DNA of 64,000 bases from an uncultured Acidobacteriota bacterium. Its GTDB lineage: Bacteria; Actinomycetota; Acidimicrobiia; Spongiisociales; ZC4RG35. Position 1 is the first letter of the stretch. Every line of letters begins with the position of its first letter. This document shows positions 10,588-21,136 of the stretch, one piece after another. The notes beneath the pieces are model-generated. The model did no database searches, had not been told where the DNA came from, and saw only the letters and a program-made list of their open reading frames with translations. Made by a program: the position numbers and the translations under genes. Location of the stretch: the NCBI GenBank assembly GCA_963828465.1, contig CAWHEU010000021.1, forward strand, positions 79,489 to 143,488. The letters run 5' to 3'.

Positions 10588-11877
10588 TCAGAACTCTTCT
10601 GGCCGGCCCGAAGGTAGGGGGCGCACCGGCTGGATGACCTGCAGGACACCATCGACCCATAGGAATCCCCAGGATCCTGTTTCGGTCGTTTCGACTTGCA
10701 CGCCGTCGACGGCGACATCCAAGGGTGAGTCGGACTCGATCCTCACGAACTCCGAGCCGACCACCAGGCCAACTGCAAGTTGCTCGGGGAGGAACTGGTC
10801 ACCGGGAACCGGGGTGAGCCCTCCGTAGTAGTGGGCCAGGATGTCGGGATACGCCGAACCGGCTTCGGCCATGGCCTGAGCGCCGTACTGGGACATGCCA
10901 ATGAGGTGCCCCCAGCCAGCCCCCTCGACCACGTAATAGGGAACAGCGATGGCCAGGGCATCGCCACCAATCCGGCTGGCACGCACTTCACGGCGAATCG
11001 AGAACTCCGGACTGAGGATGGTGTCCGGATAGTCGACCCCGTCCGGTCGCTTCGCAGGCAGGAGGCCGGGCAAGATCGCCGCGGCCTCGTTGATCTGGGA
11101 CCGAAGGGCCCAGGTATCCATGGATACCGTGCCCGCGTCGGAGACGATGTCGATCACCCACGGGCCCTGGCCGTCCTCGGTCGTTCTGGTTGCGATCGAA
11201 TGGACATCCCCATCGGCCACGTCCGCCTCCTGGAGCACCTGTTCCATCTGATAGCCGGGGAGCTCCCATGACCAGGTGACGAATGGGCTGTCCTCACCGG
11301 GCGAGGGGACACCGACCAGATACGGCGCTGGCTCGGAACCGGGCCATATGTCCTCGATGTTCCTGGTGCGGAGACCCGTGGTCGACGAGTAGAAGGCTCG
11401 GGCCGGCTCTCCCTCGTGCACCAGGATCTCACCCGTGGTCTGGCTCACCGCCTGGCGCCAGCGATCCCCGTCCTCGCCGAGCACGGCGTCCACCCCGGCA
11501 TAGACCTGGCACGCCGCCGTCGCGCAGATGTCGTACCCGATGCGGCTGCCGGTCTCGGAACGCCCCCCCAGAAGGGTCCAGGCGAGATATGTGCGAGCTG
11601 CGACGACCTGGGCCGCCAGGGCGTCCTCGTGCCAGCTGAACGGGACCTCTCGAATGCCCTCTAGATAGGCGTCGAGCGACGCCACCTCGACCACCGCAAC
11701 GCCATCGGATTCTGCCGTGACCCTGAAGGGCCCCCGGTAGCGCCGATCACCCATCTCCAAGTATGCGTTGTCCGGCACCGAGACTTCGACCACTGTGCCC
11801 TGCGGTCGGGCAGCCATGGCCGGTGGCGCCAACAGGAGTACGAACGCAAGGACGGCCAGTGCCCGGCGAGCGATCAC
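10588..11877 (-). CDS. SpoIID/LytB-domain secreted protein (lytic transglycosylase-like)
   Basis: Signal peptide; EVPFSW..DALAAQVVAARTY, DICATAACQVY, GAGWGHLIGMSQYGA, ILAHYY; GTG overlaps the murA stop. Confidence 0.88.
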   Translation of the reverse strand: MIARRALAVLAFVLLLAPPAMAARPQGTVVEVSVPDNAYLEMGDRRYRGPFRVTAESDGVAVVEVASLDAYLEGIREVPFSWHEDALAAQVVAARTYLAWTLLGGRSETGSRIGYDICATAACQVYAGVDAVLGEDGDRWRQAVSQTTGEILVHEGEPARAFYSSTTGLRTRNIEDIWPGSEPAPYLVGVPSPGEDSPFVTWSWELPGYQMEQVLQEADVADGDVHSIATRTTEDGQGPWVIDIVSDAGTVSMDTWALRSQINEAAAILPGLLPAKRPDGVDYPDTILSPEFSIRREVRASRIGGDALAIAVPYYVVEGAGWGHLIGMSQYGAQAMAEAGSAYPDILAHYYGGLTPVPGDQFLPEQLAVGLVVGSEFVRIESDSPLDVAVDGVQVETTETGSWGFLWVDGVLQVIQPVRPLPSGRPEEF

Positions 11878-13124
11878 GCTCTCTCGATTCTCGCTCCCAG
11901 CGATCGGAGTCGCTCCGGGAACTCCTCGTAGCCCCTGTCGATGTGGCTCGCCTCGCCGACCTCGGTCGTCCCCTCCGCGCGCAGGCCAGCGAGCACCAGG
12001 GCTGCCCCGGCTCGGATGTCTGGTGCCAGGACCGGACAGCCCGAGAGCCGCTCGACGCCCCGAATGATGGCGTGTTGTGCCTCGGTGGTGATATCGGCGC
12101 CCATACGTGCCAGCTCGCCGACGTAGCGGAACCGGGAGTCGTAGAGATTCTCGGTGATGACCGACGTGCCGGTCGCCACCGACAGCAGGGCGACCATCTG
12201 AGGGTGCATGTCGGTGTGAAATCCGGGGAACGGGAGGGTGGCGAAGTCCACCGGGGTCGGTCGCTCTGGTCCTCTGACCCGAAGCCACCCGTTACCCTGC
12301 TCGACCTCGCAACCTGTCTCCTCGAGCTTTCTCAGCTCCATTCGCAGGTGCTCCGGCAAGCAGCCGGTCACCGTGACATCGCCGCCTGTGATTGCCGCGG
12401 CTGCTGCGTAAGTCCCTGTCTCGAGGCGATCGGGTACGACGTGGTGCTCGGCCGGCGAAAGATGATCCACGCCGTGAATCGTGACGAGTGAAGTTCCGCC
12501 GCCGGTGATTCTGGCTCCCATCTCGGTCAACTGAGTGATGAGGTCTTCGATCTCAGGCTCGCGGGCGGCATTGACTATGACCGTGTCGCCTTCGGCGAGC
12601 ACACCGGCGAACAAGAGGTTCTCGGTAGCGCCCACCGAGGGAAAGGGCAGCTCCACTTCGGTGCCCTTGAGACGGCCGTCGACCCGGCCCACCAATTCTC
12701 CATGGACCAACTCGAAGTCGACCCCCATCGCCTCCAGGCCATTGAGATGCATGTCGATCGGCCGGGCCCCGAGGTCGTCACCGCCGGGCAGGGCGACACG
12801 CGCCTCGCCACAGCGGGCGAGGAGGGGACCGAGCACCACGATCGAGGCCCGCATCTGCCGCACCAGCTCGATCGGCGCCTCGGGGAGGAGCTGGTCGGGA
12901 ACGACCACCCAGAGCTCGTGATCGCCTTGCTCCACCCTGCAGCCGGTGTGCTCCAAGACCTCACACATCAGCCCGACGTCGAGGATCGACGGCACATTGG
13001 TCAGACGGTGCCGGCCCGGGGCGAGCAGTGCAGAGACCATCTCCTTGAGCACGGCGTTCTTGGCCCCCAGCACGCCGACAGTCCCCTGGAGACGCGCTCC
13101 GCCCTCGACAACCAACTTGGACAT
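11874..13124 (-). CDS. murA: UDP-N-acetylglucosamine 1-carboxyvinyltransferase
   Basis: GAKNA, MRASIVVLGPLL, LPGGDDLGARPIDMH (Asp at the catalytic Cys position, as in intrinsically fosfomycin-resistant actinobacterial enzymes), SVGATEN, NAAREPE, HIDRGYE. Confidence 0.96.
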   Translation of the reverse strand: MSKLVVEGGARLQGTVGVLGAKNAVLKEMVSALLAPGRHRLTNVPSILDVGLMCEVLEHTGCRVEQGDHELWVVVPDQLLPEAPIELVRQMRASIVVLGPLLARCGEARVALPGGDDLGARPIDMHLNGLEAMGVDFELVHGELVGRVDGRLKGTEVELPFPSVGATENLLFAGVLAEGDTVIVNAAREPEIEDLITQLTEMGARITGGGTSLVTIHGVDHLSPAEHHVVPDRLETGTYAAAAAITGGDVTVTGCLPEHLRMELRKLEETGCEVEQGNGWLRVRGPERPTPVDFATLPFPGFHTDMHPQMVALLSVATGTSVITENLYDSRFRYVGELARMGADITTEAQHAIIRGVERLSGCPVLAPDIRAGAALVLAGLRAEGTTEVGEASHIDRGYEEFPERLRSLGARIERA

Positions 13125-13201
13125 TCAGGCGAATGTAGTTAGGTGTGGGGCCAACCCCATGCAGGGACGGGGCGGGTGGTCTGGCTACCCTGCCGCCCGA
13201 G

Positions 13202-13642
13202 ATGAGAATCGCACTCGGCTCCGACCACGCCGGCTATCCGTTGAAGGAGCACTTGTCGACGTGGCTCGCAGAGTCCGGTCATGCCGTGTACGACCTGGGC
13301 ACGCACTCCGCCGAGCCGGTCGACTATCCGGACTATGCGGCCGCCGTGGCCCAAGCCGTCTTGGACGGCCGCGCCGACCGGGGCATTCTCATCTGTGGCT
13401 CCGGCGCAGGGGCGGCAGTGGCCGCCAACAAGCTCCAGGGGATCAGGGCGTCGATTGCCCACGACACTTACACCGCCCATCAAATGGTGGAGCACGACGA
13501 TGTGAACGTGCTCAGCCTGGGGTCACGCGTGATCGGCGAGTCGCTGGCGGAAGAACTGGTCACGACGTTCCTCGAGGCGAGGTTCTCGCGCGAGGACCGG
13601 CACGTGAGACGTCTGGAGAAGATCAGGTCCATGGAGGCCTGA
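13202..13642 (+). CDS. rpiB: Ribose-5-phosphate isomerase B
   Basis: [38 protein letters not shown]. Confidence 0.93.
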   Translation: MRIALGSDHAGYPLKEHLSTWLAESGHAVYDLGTHSAEPVDYPDYAAAVAQAVLDGRADRGILICGSGAGAAVAANKLQGIRASIAHDTYTAHQMVEHDDVNVLSLGSRVIGESLAEELVTTFLEARFSREDRHVRRLEKIRSMEA

Positions 13643-13648
13643 TCGGCG

Positions 13649-14305
13649 TCACTGGCCCCCGGATTGGGCCAGCGCAACTAGGGCCTCGATCCCTTCAGTG
13701 CCGATCTCGCCCGACACCCGGCCCAGATTGGTGTTCTGACCGTCGAGCACGACGTAGAAAGGAGTGCCGGACATCCCGTAGTTGCCGGCGACGGTCCCGA
13801 TCTGGTCGTCCATGATCACCGGGGCGGTCCAGCCCTCCTCCTCTAGCCAATCCTGGGGTGGCCAGTTGGGACGGAGCCTGTCGGTCGCAGTGGCGACGGA
13901 GATCACTTCGACGTCGTCTGGCAAGTTGCCATCGTTGATCCACTGCTGGATAACAGGCACGTCTGCCTGGCAATGAGGGCACCAGTGGGCGAGGAAGGCG
14001 ATGATCTTCGGAGTGCCATTGGGCTCGATCGTGACCGGGTTTCCTTCCCAATCGGCTCCTTCGACGGTGGGGGCGGTAAGTCCGACCGAGACATCCTCCT
14101 GTCCCGCGGCATAGACAGGCAGCGGGTCTCCGGTGACGGTCGGGTCGCCGTAACCGAGGCTCTCGTCGACCGGCTCCTCGCCTGCGATGGACCATGCGAG
14201 GGCGACGATCAGGCCGAGACCGACTATGCCACCGAGGATCCACCACAAAGTCGAGTTGTTCTTCGTTTCCTTGGCACCGGGCTTGGGTTTCTTTGTCGCA
14301 GTCAT
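13649..14305 (-). CDS. Membrane-anchored thioredoxin-fold (TlpA/redoxin) protein
   Basis: N-terminal TM helix; FLAHWCPHC; GTP cis-Pro loop; ATGA overlap with the upstream dsbB-like gene. Confidence 0.85.
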   Translation of the reverse strand: MTATKKPKPGAKETKNNSTLWWILGGIVGLGLIVALAWSIAGEEPVDESLGYGDPTVTGDPLPVYAAGQEDVSVGLTAPTVEGADWEGNPVTIEPNGTPKIIAFLAHWCPHCQADVPVIQQWINDGNLPDDVEVISVATATDRLRPNWPPQDWLEEEGWTAPVIMDDQIGTVAGNYGMSGTPFYVVLDGQNTNLGRVSGEIGTEGIEALVALAQSGGQ

Positions 14306-14829
14306 TCGGAGGCTTTCGTGTAGAAGGCGAGTAAGACGGCGATAACGATAAACCCAATTCCAGCCATAAATGGCAAGTCCATGAAGCCAAACATCTCGAT
14401 GCTGCGGGCGGAGCAGGGCACCGCCGGGTCGCACGACCCGCCCTCGAGACTGGGGAAGAACTGAACGAAGTTGTGGTAGATGGAGATGGCGAGCCCGATC
14501 AGGGCGAGAGGCAGGGCGTAGAACTTGACCACTGCCTCACGCCTGATCGCGCCCACCAAAAGGACGATGGTTAGTGGGTACATCGCGATGCGCTGGAACC
14601 AGCAGAGACGGCAGGGCACATAGTGGAAAGCGTCGGAGTACAACAGCGACCCGACGGTGGCCACCAGGGCAACGGTGAAGGCGAGCCAGATCGCCTTGTC
14701 CCCGAGCAATGCCGCCGCCTCGGGCCCTTTCACTGCCCGGTACACGAGGAGAGCGATGGACCCGGCCGCGGCGATCAGGGTGAGGATGGCGAAGAGGTTG
14801 TTGAAGACGAGGATGGTCTCGACCGACAT
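14302..14829 (-). CDS. Disulfide bond formation protein B (DsbB/BdbC family)
   Basis: PCRLCWFQRIAMYPL; second Cys pair CDPAVPC; four to five TM helices. Confidence 0.9.
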   Translation of the reverse strand: MSVETILVFNNLFAILTLIAAAGSIALLVYRAVKGPEAAALLGDKAIWLAFTVALVATVGSLLYSDAFHYVPCRLCWFQRIAMYPLTIVLLVGAIRREAVVKFYALPLALIGLAISIYHNFVQFFPSLEGGSCDPAVPCSARSIEMFGFMDLPFMAGIGFIVIAVLLAFYTKASE

Positions 14830-14842
14830 GCGCTTTCCTGGC

Positions 14843-14918
14843 TGGCAGTCCCGACCGGATTCGAACCGGCGTTTCCGGCTTGAAAGGCCGGCGTCCTAGG
14901 CCACTGGACGACGGGACC
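14843..14918 (-). tRNA. tRNA-Glu (TTC)
   Basis: GGTCCCG..CCTAGGACGCCGGCC-TTTCAAG-CCGG..GGTTCGAATCC..CGGGACTGCCA cloverleaf with encoded CCA. Confidence 0.96.
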
Positions 14919-14959
14919 TCGCGGTCACGACAGGTTAACGGGTGACACGGACCTACTCC

Positions 14960-16384
14960 CTAACCGGCAAGCTCGCGCAGCGCCTGCTCCAGACGCGCCA
15001 GCGTCTTCTCCTGGCCCAGGGCAGCGAGAGACTCGAACAACGGTGGGCTCACCGACGTGCCCGTGACGGCCACGCGAATGGGCTGAAGACCCTTGGCCGC
15101 GCCGAGACCCATCTCCTCCAGCATCCCCCGTAGAACCGCTTCGATGTCAGCGGCGGCCCAGTTGTCGACAGAGGCCAAACGCTCCTGGGCGGTCTTCAGG
15201 ATCCCGGGCACCCCATCCTTGGCCATCACCTTGTCCCATGCCGCCTGGTCGTAATCCTCGAAGTCCTCGAACAGGAACACCACTTGCTCGCCTGCCTCGG
15301 GAAGGAATCGGGTGCGCTCCTGCACCAGATCGGACACCTCCTCGAACCGGGACCACTCCTCTTCATCGAGGCTGCGCCCGACTGCCGCCTCGACGTGGGG
15401 CCGGGCCATGACCCGAAATTCTTCAGGGTCCGTCGCCCGGATGTACTCCCCGTTCATCCACGACAGCTTGTCGGGATCGAAAACGGCCGGATTGCGGGAG
15501 ACATCGACCAGGTCGAACGCGGCGATCGCCTCGTCCCTCGTGAAGATGGTCCGGTCGCCGTCTATCGACCAGCCGAGGAGGGACAGGTAGTTGAAGACGG
15601 CATCAGGCAAATACCCCTCATCGCGATATGTGGACAGGGACTCGGCGCCGTGGCGCTTCGACAGCTTCTTGCCGTCGGTCCCGAACAGAAGCGGGAGATG
15701 GGCGTACCCGGGCTCGCCGGCTCCCAGGGCCCTGGTGATGAGGATGTGCTTCGGGGTCGAGGGAAGGAGGTCCTCGCCGCGGGCGACGTGGGTGATCTCG
15801 TAGTCGACATCGTCCACGGTCGATGCCAGGTGGTAGGTAGGAGTGCCGTCGCTCCGCAAGATCACGAAGTCGTCGATGTCACGCGCTTCGAAGCTGATCT
15901 CGCCCCGAACCAGGTCCTCGAAGACCACCGGTTGGTCCGGGGGGACCGAAAGCCTGACCGCACCCTCGGCGACGGCCTTCTCGGGACGTCTTATGTAGTG
16001 ACCCGGGTGCAGGTGCTCCGCTTCTGCTCGGCGGCGAAGCGCCTCGAGCTCGTCAGGCGAGCGGTTGTCGTAGTAGGCCGCCCCCGACGCCACGAGGTCC
16101 GCGGCCGCCTGCTGGTAGCGCTCATAACGGCTGGACTGCCGGTAGTCGCCATGCGGCCCGCCCACTCCGACACCCTCGCCCCAGTCGAGCCCGAGCCATC
16201 GGAGTGAGTCGAGGATGTCCTCCTCGTACGCGGCGGTCGATCTCTCCCGATCGGTGTCATCGATCCTCAGGATGAACGTGCCTCCGTGATGGCGCGCATA
16301 GAGCCAGTTGAACAGGGCCGCACGGGCCGTCCCGACATGGAGGTGCCCGGTGGGTGAGGGAGCGACCCTCACGCGGACCGTCAT
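14960..16384 (-). CDS. gltX: Glutamate--tRNA ligase
   Basis: [42 protein letters not shown]. Confidence 0.96.
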   Translation of the reverse strand: MTVRVRVAPSPTGHLHVGTARAALFNWLYARHHGGTFILRIDDTDRERSTAAYEEDILDSLRWLGLDWGEGVGVGGPHGDYRQSSRYERYQQAAADLVASGAAYYDNRSPDELEALRRRAEAEHLHPGHYIRRPEKAVAEGAVRLSVPPDQPVVFEDLVRGEISFEARDIDDFVILRSDGTPTYHLASTVDDVDYEITHVARGEDLLPSTPKHILITRALGAGEPGYAHLPLLFGTDGKKLSKRHGAESLSTYRDEGYLPDAVFNYLSLLGWSIDGDRTIFTRDEAIAAFDLVDVSRNPAVFDPDKLSWMNGEYIRATDPEEFRVMARPHVEAAVGRSLDEEEWSRFEEVSDLVQERTRFLPEAGEQVVFLFEDFEDYDQAAWDKVMAKDGVPGILKTAQERLASVDNWAAADIEAVLRGMLEEMGLGAAKGLQPIRVAVTGTSVSPPLFESLAALGQEKTLARLEQALRELAG

Positions 16385-17145
16385 CGCGCCGCCACGACTC
16401 GATTCTGGAGGACCCCGATCCCGTCGACCTCGACCTCCATCAGGTCGCCAGGCTCAACCTTGCTCACCCCGGCAGGCGTGCCGGTGAGGATCACGTCACC
16501 GGGAAGAAGCGTCATCACAGAGGTGACGAACTCGAACAGTTCGGCCACTCCAAAGACCATGTCAGAGGTGAATCCGGCCTGGCGGACCTCCCCGTTCACC
16601 CGGCAGATCACTGCCAGCTTCTCCAACGGGTCCAGTTCCGTCTCGATGGCCGGGCCCAGAGGGCAGAAGGTGTCGAACCCCTTGGCCCGGGCCCACTGCC
16701 CGTCCTTTTTCTGCAGGTCGCGTGCGCTCACGTCGTTGGCTGCCGTGTAACCCAGGATGTAGGCAGAGGCGTCCTCGGCTTTGACATGACGGGCCACCCG
16801 GCTGACGACCACTGCCAGCTCGGCCTCGTGATGGACGTTCTTCGACATCGCCGGATGGACCACATTGGCGTCCGGCCCGACCACCGACGTCGCCGGCTTG
16901 AGGAAGATGATCGGCTCATCGGGAACCGCGGCGTCATGCTCGGCGGCATGATCCTCGTAGTTGCGACCGACCGCCACCACCTTGGAGGGGAGGACCGGGG
17001 CCAGGAGGTGGGCGGTTTCCCAGGGAATCACCGTCTCGGTCGGCTCCCAGGCGACGAAAGGAGAGCCGATATAGACCAGCACCCCCTCGACGTCGGCCAC
17101 CCCGTAGGCGATGTCGTCTCCGGCCTTGATGCGGACGAGCTTCAT
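16381..17145 (-). CDS. Fumarylacetoacetate hydrolase family protein
   Basis: [49 protein letters not shown]; usual gltX neighbour in Actinobacteria. Confidence 0.93.
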   Translation of the reverse strand: MKLVRIKAGDDIAYGVADVEGVLVYIGSPFVAWEPTETVIPWETAHLLAPVLPSKVVAVGRNYEDHAAEHDAAVPDEPIIFLKPATSVVGPDANVVHPAMSKNVHHEAELAVVVSRVARHVKAEDASAYILGYTAANDVSARDLQKKDGQWARAKGFDTFCPLGPAIETELDPLEKLAVICRVNGEVRQAGFTSDMVFGVAELFEFVTSVMTLLPGDVILTGTPAGVSKVEPGDLMEVEVDGIGVLQNRVVAAR

Positions 17146-17155
17146 GGTCGGAAAG

Positions 17156-17655
17156 CTACCGGTGCTCTTCGGATGCCCCCGAGGCGGCCAGAAGGCCCCG
17201 GATCTCGTCGGGCTTGCGAACGATGAGGTCGCGGTCGACCTCGCCTGTCGCCGTCTGCCCCGGTCTCACCTCGTGAGGCACCGCCGCCTTCCAGCGTTCC
17301 CGCCGCTGCAGGACCTCTTCAGATGGCTCATACCCGTAGCCGCAAAGGGCCAGTGCAACTTCGATGTCCTCGGGGACCGGGCCCCGCCCCAGGGCACCGG
17401 CTCGGGCGATGGTCAGAGCGGCGACCACGGACTTGAGGTCGGGATCGTCGTCGGGAAGATCTGCTGCGTTTACCAGCCGCCACCCCCAGCCACCGTCGGG
17501 CGTCGTCTGCCCGAAGCTGCCCCCGCTGGGGACCTCGTCCGGCGAGGTGGGGATCCCGGGCTTGATGCTCGGCCGCCAGCGTCGAGCGGCAGGAGGTTGG
17601 AGCCCGTGCGCGGCCGGTCAGACTCCGTCACCTCGATATTGGGCTGTTGGCCCAT
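17156..17655 (-). CDS. Hypothetical protein, with one frameshift near 17600
   Basis: ATG 17655 abuts the ilvE stop; a one-base shift joins MGQQPNIEV.. to an open frame [36 protein letters not shown] ending at 17156. Confidence 0.65.
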
Positions 17656-18569
17656 CAGATGAAGCTGAGCCAGTGGCGGTACTCGGGGATCTTGGCCGCG
17701 ACCAAATCGGAGAACAGGTCCTGTGCCTTCCGGGTGACCGGGCCCGGCTCGCCGGCGCCGACCACACGACCGTCGATCTCACGGATCGGCGTCACTTCGG
17801 CCGCCGTCCCGGTCAGGAAGACCTCGTCCGCTGTGTAAAGGCTCCCCCGGGCCAGGTCGGCCTCGACCACCTCGACACCCTCGCCGGTGAGCAATTCGAT
17901 CACCGTGTTACGTGTGATTCCCTCGAGGATCCCCGAGGAGACCGGAGGGGTGTAGACCACGTCCTTGCTGGCGATGAACAGGTTCATCCCGCTCCCCTCG
18001 GAGACCAGGCCCGCGTCGTTGAGCATGATTGCCTCGTCGTACCCGGCACGGAGAGCCTCCTGCTTGGCCAGCACGGAGTTGAGGTACTGACCCGAGCCCT
18101 TGGCTGTCGGGATAAAGCTGGTGTGCGAGATCCGACGCCAGCTCGAGACCATGGTGGTGATGCCTTTCTCGACACCGTCGTCGCCCAGATAGCTGCCCAG
18201 GTAGAAGGCGGCCATGTAGTTGTGGACCGGGCTGCTCTTCGGGTTGATGCCGAAAGCGCCCGACCCATAGAAGACGAAGGGGCGGATATAGGCGGACTCC
18301 AGCTGGTTCACCCGGAGAAGCTCGAGACAGACTTCATCCATCTCCTCGGCACTCTCCTTCATCGGAAGGTCGTAGGCCCGGGCCGAGGCGACCAGCCGGA
18401 CCATGTGATCGTGGAGACGGAATACGGCCGTTCCCTCGGGTGTCTTGTAGGCGCGAATGCCTTCGAAGACACCGGTTCCGTATTGGAGGGAATGTGACAG
18501 GAAGTGGACGGTGGCGTCGTCCCAGGGGACGAAATCACCATCAACCCATATCTTGTTTGCCGGTTCCAT
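17655..18569 (-). CDS. ilvE: Branched-chain amino acid aminotransferase
   Basis: SLQYGTGVFEGIRAY, YIRP, AKGSGQYLNS (PLP Lys), EGSGMNLF, ILEGITR, ADEVFLTGTAAEVTP. Confidence 0.95.
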   Translation of the reverse strand: MEPANKIWVDGDFVPWDDATVHFLSHSLQYGTGVFEGIRAYKTPEGTAVFRLHDHMVRLVASARAYDLPMKESAEEMDEVCLELLRVNQLESAYIRPFVFYGSGAFGINPKSSPVHNYMAAFYLGSYLGDDGVEKGITTMVSSWRRISHTSFIPTAKGSGQYLNSVLAKQEALRAGYDEAIMLNDAGLVSEGSGMNLFIASKDVVYTPPVSSGILEGITRNTVIELLTGEGVEVVEADLARGSLYTADEVFLTGTAAEVTPIREIDGRVVGAGEPGPVTRKAQDLFSDLVAAKIPEYRHWLSFI

Positions 18570-18645
18570 CGGTCAAGGCTAACTGGTGTCGACCGGAGCG
18601 GAACCACGGATTCCGTTTTCGGCACACCGTGGTTGAATCGAAGCA

Positions 18646-19560
18646 ATGGGTGAGAAAGCCCCAGCTCGCGCCCGGGTGATCGAGTGGCTACTCGAGGGAG
18701 ACCCGGCCATCAGGTGGCAGACAATGCGTGATCTGGTCGGGGCGAAGGAGAAAGTCTGGAGGGCGGAGCGGGAACGGGTCGGAACCGAGGGCTGGGGAGC
18801 GCGACTGCTGAAGCACCAGGACGCGGATGGACGATGGACGCCCAGGCTCTATGGCAAGAAGTGGATTTCGACCACCTATTCCATGGTGCTCTTGCGTGAG
18901 ATGGGCTTGCCTCGCTCCGACCCGAGGGCACTCAAGTCATGTCAACTGTTCCTAGAGGAAGGACTGGGGACGCGTCGCAACAGCGAGACCTGCATTCAAT
19001 CCATGGTCACCGCCTTCCTGTTCTGGTTCGACGTGGAGGACCGGCTGCGCGAGCCGGTCCTGGCCCATCTGCTCGGCAAACAGCTCGATGACGGCGGTTG
19101 GAATTGCGATGGGCAATCCAGTCACGGCTCTTTCCACACCACCGTCATGGCACTCGAGGCCCTGCGCGAGTGCGTCGTACGGGGTGGGGCGGCTATTGCC
19201 GAGATCGAGGCGGCGGAGGCCAGGGGCGGCGAGTTCTTCCTGCAACACAGGATGTTCCGCTCCCACCGGACCAGTGAAGTCATCAACCAGCGCTTCCTCC
19301 GGCTCTCCTTCCCGACCAGATGGCACTACGACGTCCTGCGCGGTCTCGACTACTTCAGATCCGCGGGCGTCCTGAGCGATCGCCGCCTCCACGAGGCAAT
19401 CGAGGTTGTGGCTGACAAGCGAGATCGGGATGGGCGATGGCCGCTGCAACAACGCTGGCGTGGTGAGACATGGTTCGAGATGGAAGACGTCGGCGAACCC
19501 AGCCGGTGGAACACCCTCAGGGCAATGCGAGTCCTCGAAGGGTGGGGCGGCGAGAAGTAG
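18646..19560 (+). CDS. Prenyltransferase/squalene-cyclase-repeat (alpha/alpha barrel) protein of unknown function
   Basis: QW-like repeats QDADGRW, QLDDGGWNC and RDRDGRWPL; WHYDVLRGLD; PSRWNTLRA. Confidence 0.75.
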   Translation: MGEKAPARARVIEWLLEGDPAIRWQTMRDLVGAKEKVWRAERERVGTEGWGARLLKHQDADGRWTPRLYGKKWISTTYSMVLLREMGLPRSDPRALKSCQLFLEEGLGTRRNSETCIQSMVTAFLFWFDVEDRLREPVLAHLLGKQLDDGGWNCDGQSSHGSFHTTVMALEALRECVVRGGAAIAEIEAAEARGGEFFLQHRMFRSHRTSEVINQRFLRLSFPTRWHYDVLRGLDYFRSAGVLSDRRLHEAIEVVADKRDRDGRWPLQQRWRGETWFEMEDVGEPSRWNTLRAMRVLEGWGGEK

Positions 19561-19571
19561 CCTCGCCGCCG

Positions 19572-20030
19572 ATGCACCGACTCATCGCCTCCCTGTTCGG
19601 GGCCGGCTTGATCCTGCGCAGGGTGCGGGGCTCGGACGCCGGGTCTGGCACGATTGGCGGCCTGGTCGCCCTCCCCTTTGCGCTTCTCACCGGAGAAACG
19701 TGGGGCTGGCCGGGTCAGTTGGCGGCAACGGTGCTGGTGACGGCTGTCGCCCTCTGGGCTTCGGCGGGCGTCGTCTCATCGGAGGGAGACGCCGGTTGGA
19801 TCGTCATCGACGAGGCAGCGGGGGTCTTCGTCGCCACGATCGGGTTGCTCGGGTGGGCCGCCGTGATCGCATTCGTGTTGTTTCGCATCGTGGACATCAC
19901 CAAGCGGCCCTTCCCGGGGGTCCATCAGGCCGACTCCATGCCCGGGGCGACCGGCATCGTCCTCGACGATCTCGTGGCAGGCGCTTGGGCGCTGGCCATG
20001 GGTCACCTCCTCAACGCCATCATCCTGTGA
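19572..20030 (+). CDS. pgpA: Phosphatidylglycerophosphatase A
   Basis: GSGTIG, D.GWIVIDEAAG, FVLFRIVDITK, GIVLDDLVAG. Confidence 0.85.
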   Translation: MHRLIASLFGAGLILRRVRGSDAGSGTIGGLVALPFALLTGETWGWPGQLAATVLVTAVALWASAGVVSSEGDAGWIVIDEAAGVFVATIGLLGWAAVIAFVLFRIVDITKRPFPGVHQADSMPGATGIVLDDLVAGAWALAMGHLLNAIIL

Positions 20031-20082
20031 ACCGGCCGATGACCGAACCTGCGTATCGTCTCCTGAGGAGGTAACAGAGCAG

Positions 20083-20523
20083 ATGGATTGGAACCCGAAA
20101 GCAATCGTCGTCGGTGTCGACGGTTCGGATACGAGCACCCGCGCGGCCGTGATCGCCACCGAGATCGCCCGATCCCGGCAAGCCAAGCTCCTGCTGGTAA
20201 CCGTGGTCAGACCACCTGAAGGGTGGTGGGGCATCGGTGGCGCGCCTCCGACTCCCGAGGCTCTGTCCGCCGCGCTCGTGGAGGGACAGCAGCAAGTGAT
20301 CAAGGAGACCGAGGAGCAACTCCCGCTCGAGGGGATGGACTACGAGACTGTCGAGGAGCTGGGCGACCCCACGTCGCGACTTATTGCGGTGGCCGAGGAG
20401 CGCGAGGCCGGGCTGATCGTCATCGGGAAGCGAGGTGCCGGGCTTGCCGAGCGGGTGATGCTCGGGAGCGTCGCCGATCGTCTTTGTCACCACTCTCCGG
20501 TTCCGGTGATGGTGGTTCCCTGA
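20083..20523 (+). CDS. Universal stress protein
   Basis: IVVGVDGS; GDP; LIVIGKRG...LGSVADRL..SPVPVMVVP. Confidence 0.92.
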   Translation: MDWNPKAIVVGVDGSDTSTRAAVIATEIARSRQAKLLLVTVVRPPEGWWGIGGAPPTPEALSAALVEGQQQVIKETEEQLPLEGMDYETVEELGDPTSRLIAVAEEREAGLIVIGKRGAGLAERVMLGSVADRLCHHSPVPVMVVP

Positions 20524-20548
20524 CCCAAGGGCATCACCAACTAGTCGC

Positions 20549-21136
20549 GTGCCAACCGTCGCCATCCTGCCCGTCAAGTCCTTCCGGCTGGGCAAGGGTC
20601 GGATGGCAGATCAACTCTCCGACGAGACTCGATCCCTATTGGGTCGTGCCCTCGCTGAGAGGACGGCGGCCCTGGCAGTCGATGCCGGGCTGATCCCGGT
20701 CCTGGTCGCCGGTGATGGCGAAGTTGCCGAATGGGCCCTCCTCCACGGCTTCCCGTCGATATCCGATCCAGGTGAAGGGTTGGACGCCGCTGCACTGGCT
20801 GGGGCCAGGTGGGCCACCGAGGCCGCGAGTGAGTGGATCGTGGTCCACACCGATCTCCCCCTCCTCACCGCTTTCGAGCTGGAGGACCTGAACAAAGCGC
20901 TGTCGGTTACCGGGAGCGTCATCGCCCCATCCGCCGACGGTGGGACGTCTGCCCTGGGGACAAGCGGTCCGGCTGACTTCGCCTATGGCCCCGGCAGCTT
21001 CCATCGCCACCTCGGCCGCTTCCCGGCCTCATCGATCATCGCCACACCGGGGCTACTTCACGACATCGACACCTTCGCCGACCTCGAGTCGGCTCGTCGC
21101 CATCCGCTCGGGGCCTGGCTCGCCAACCTGACGTGA
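20549..21136 (+). CDS. cofC: CofC/FbiD-family phospholactate/PEP guanylyltransferase (F420 biosynthesis)
   Basis: AILPVKSF..GKGRM, GEGLD, DLPLL, APSADGGTS, F.YGPGSFHRH, HDIDT..DL. Confidence 0.85.
   Translation: MPTVAILPVKSFRLGKGRMADQLSDETRSLLGRALAERTAALAVDAGLIPVLVAGDGEVAEWALLHGFPSISDPGEGLDAAALAGARWATEAASEWIVVHTDLPLLTAFELEDLNKALSVTGSVIAPSADGGTSALGTSGPADFAYGPGSFHRHLGRFPASSIIATPGLLHDIDTFADLESARRHPLGAWLANLT

Noticed and set aside
18602-18634. 8-bp inverted repeat AACCACGG/CCGTGGTT between divergent genes
   Set aside because: Short arms and single occurrence; no function can be assigned
18646-19560. Squalene-hopene cyclase
   Set aside because: About half the expected length and lacks the DXDD motif; only QW-like repeats are present
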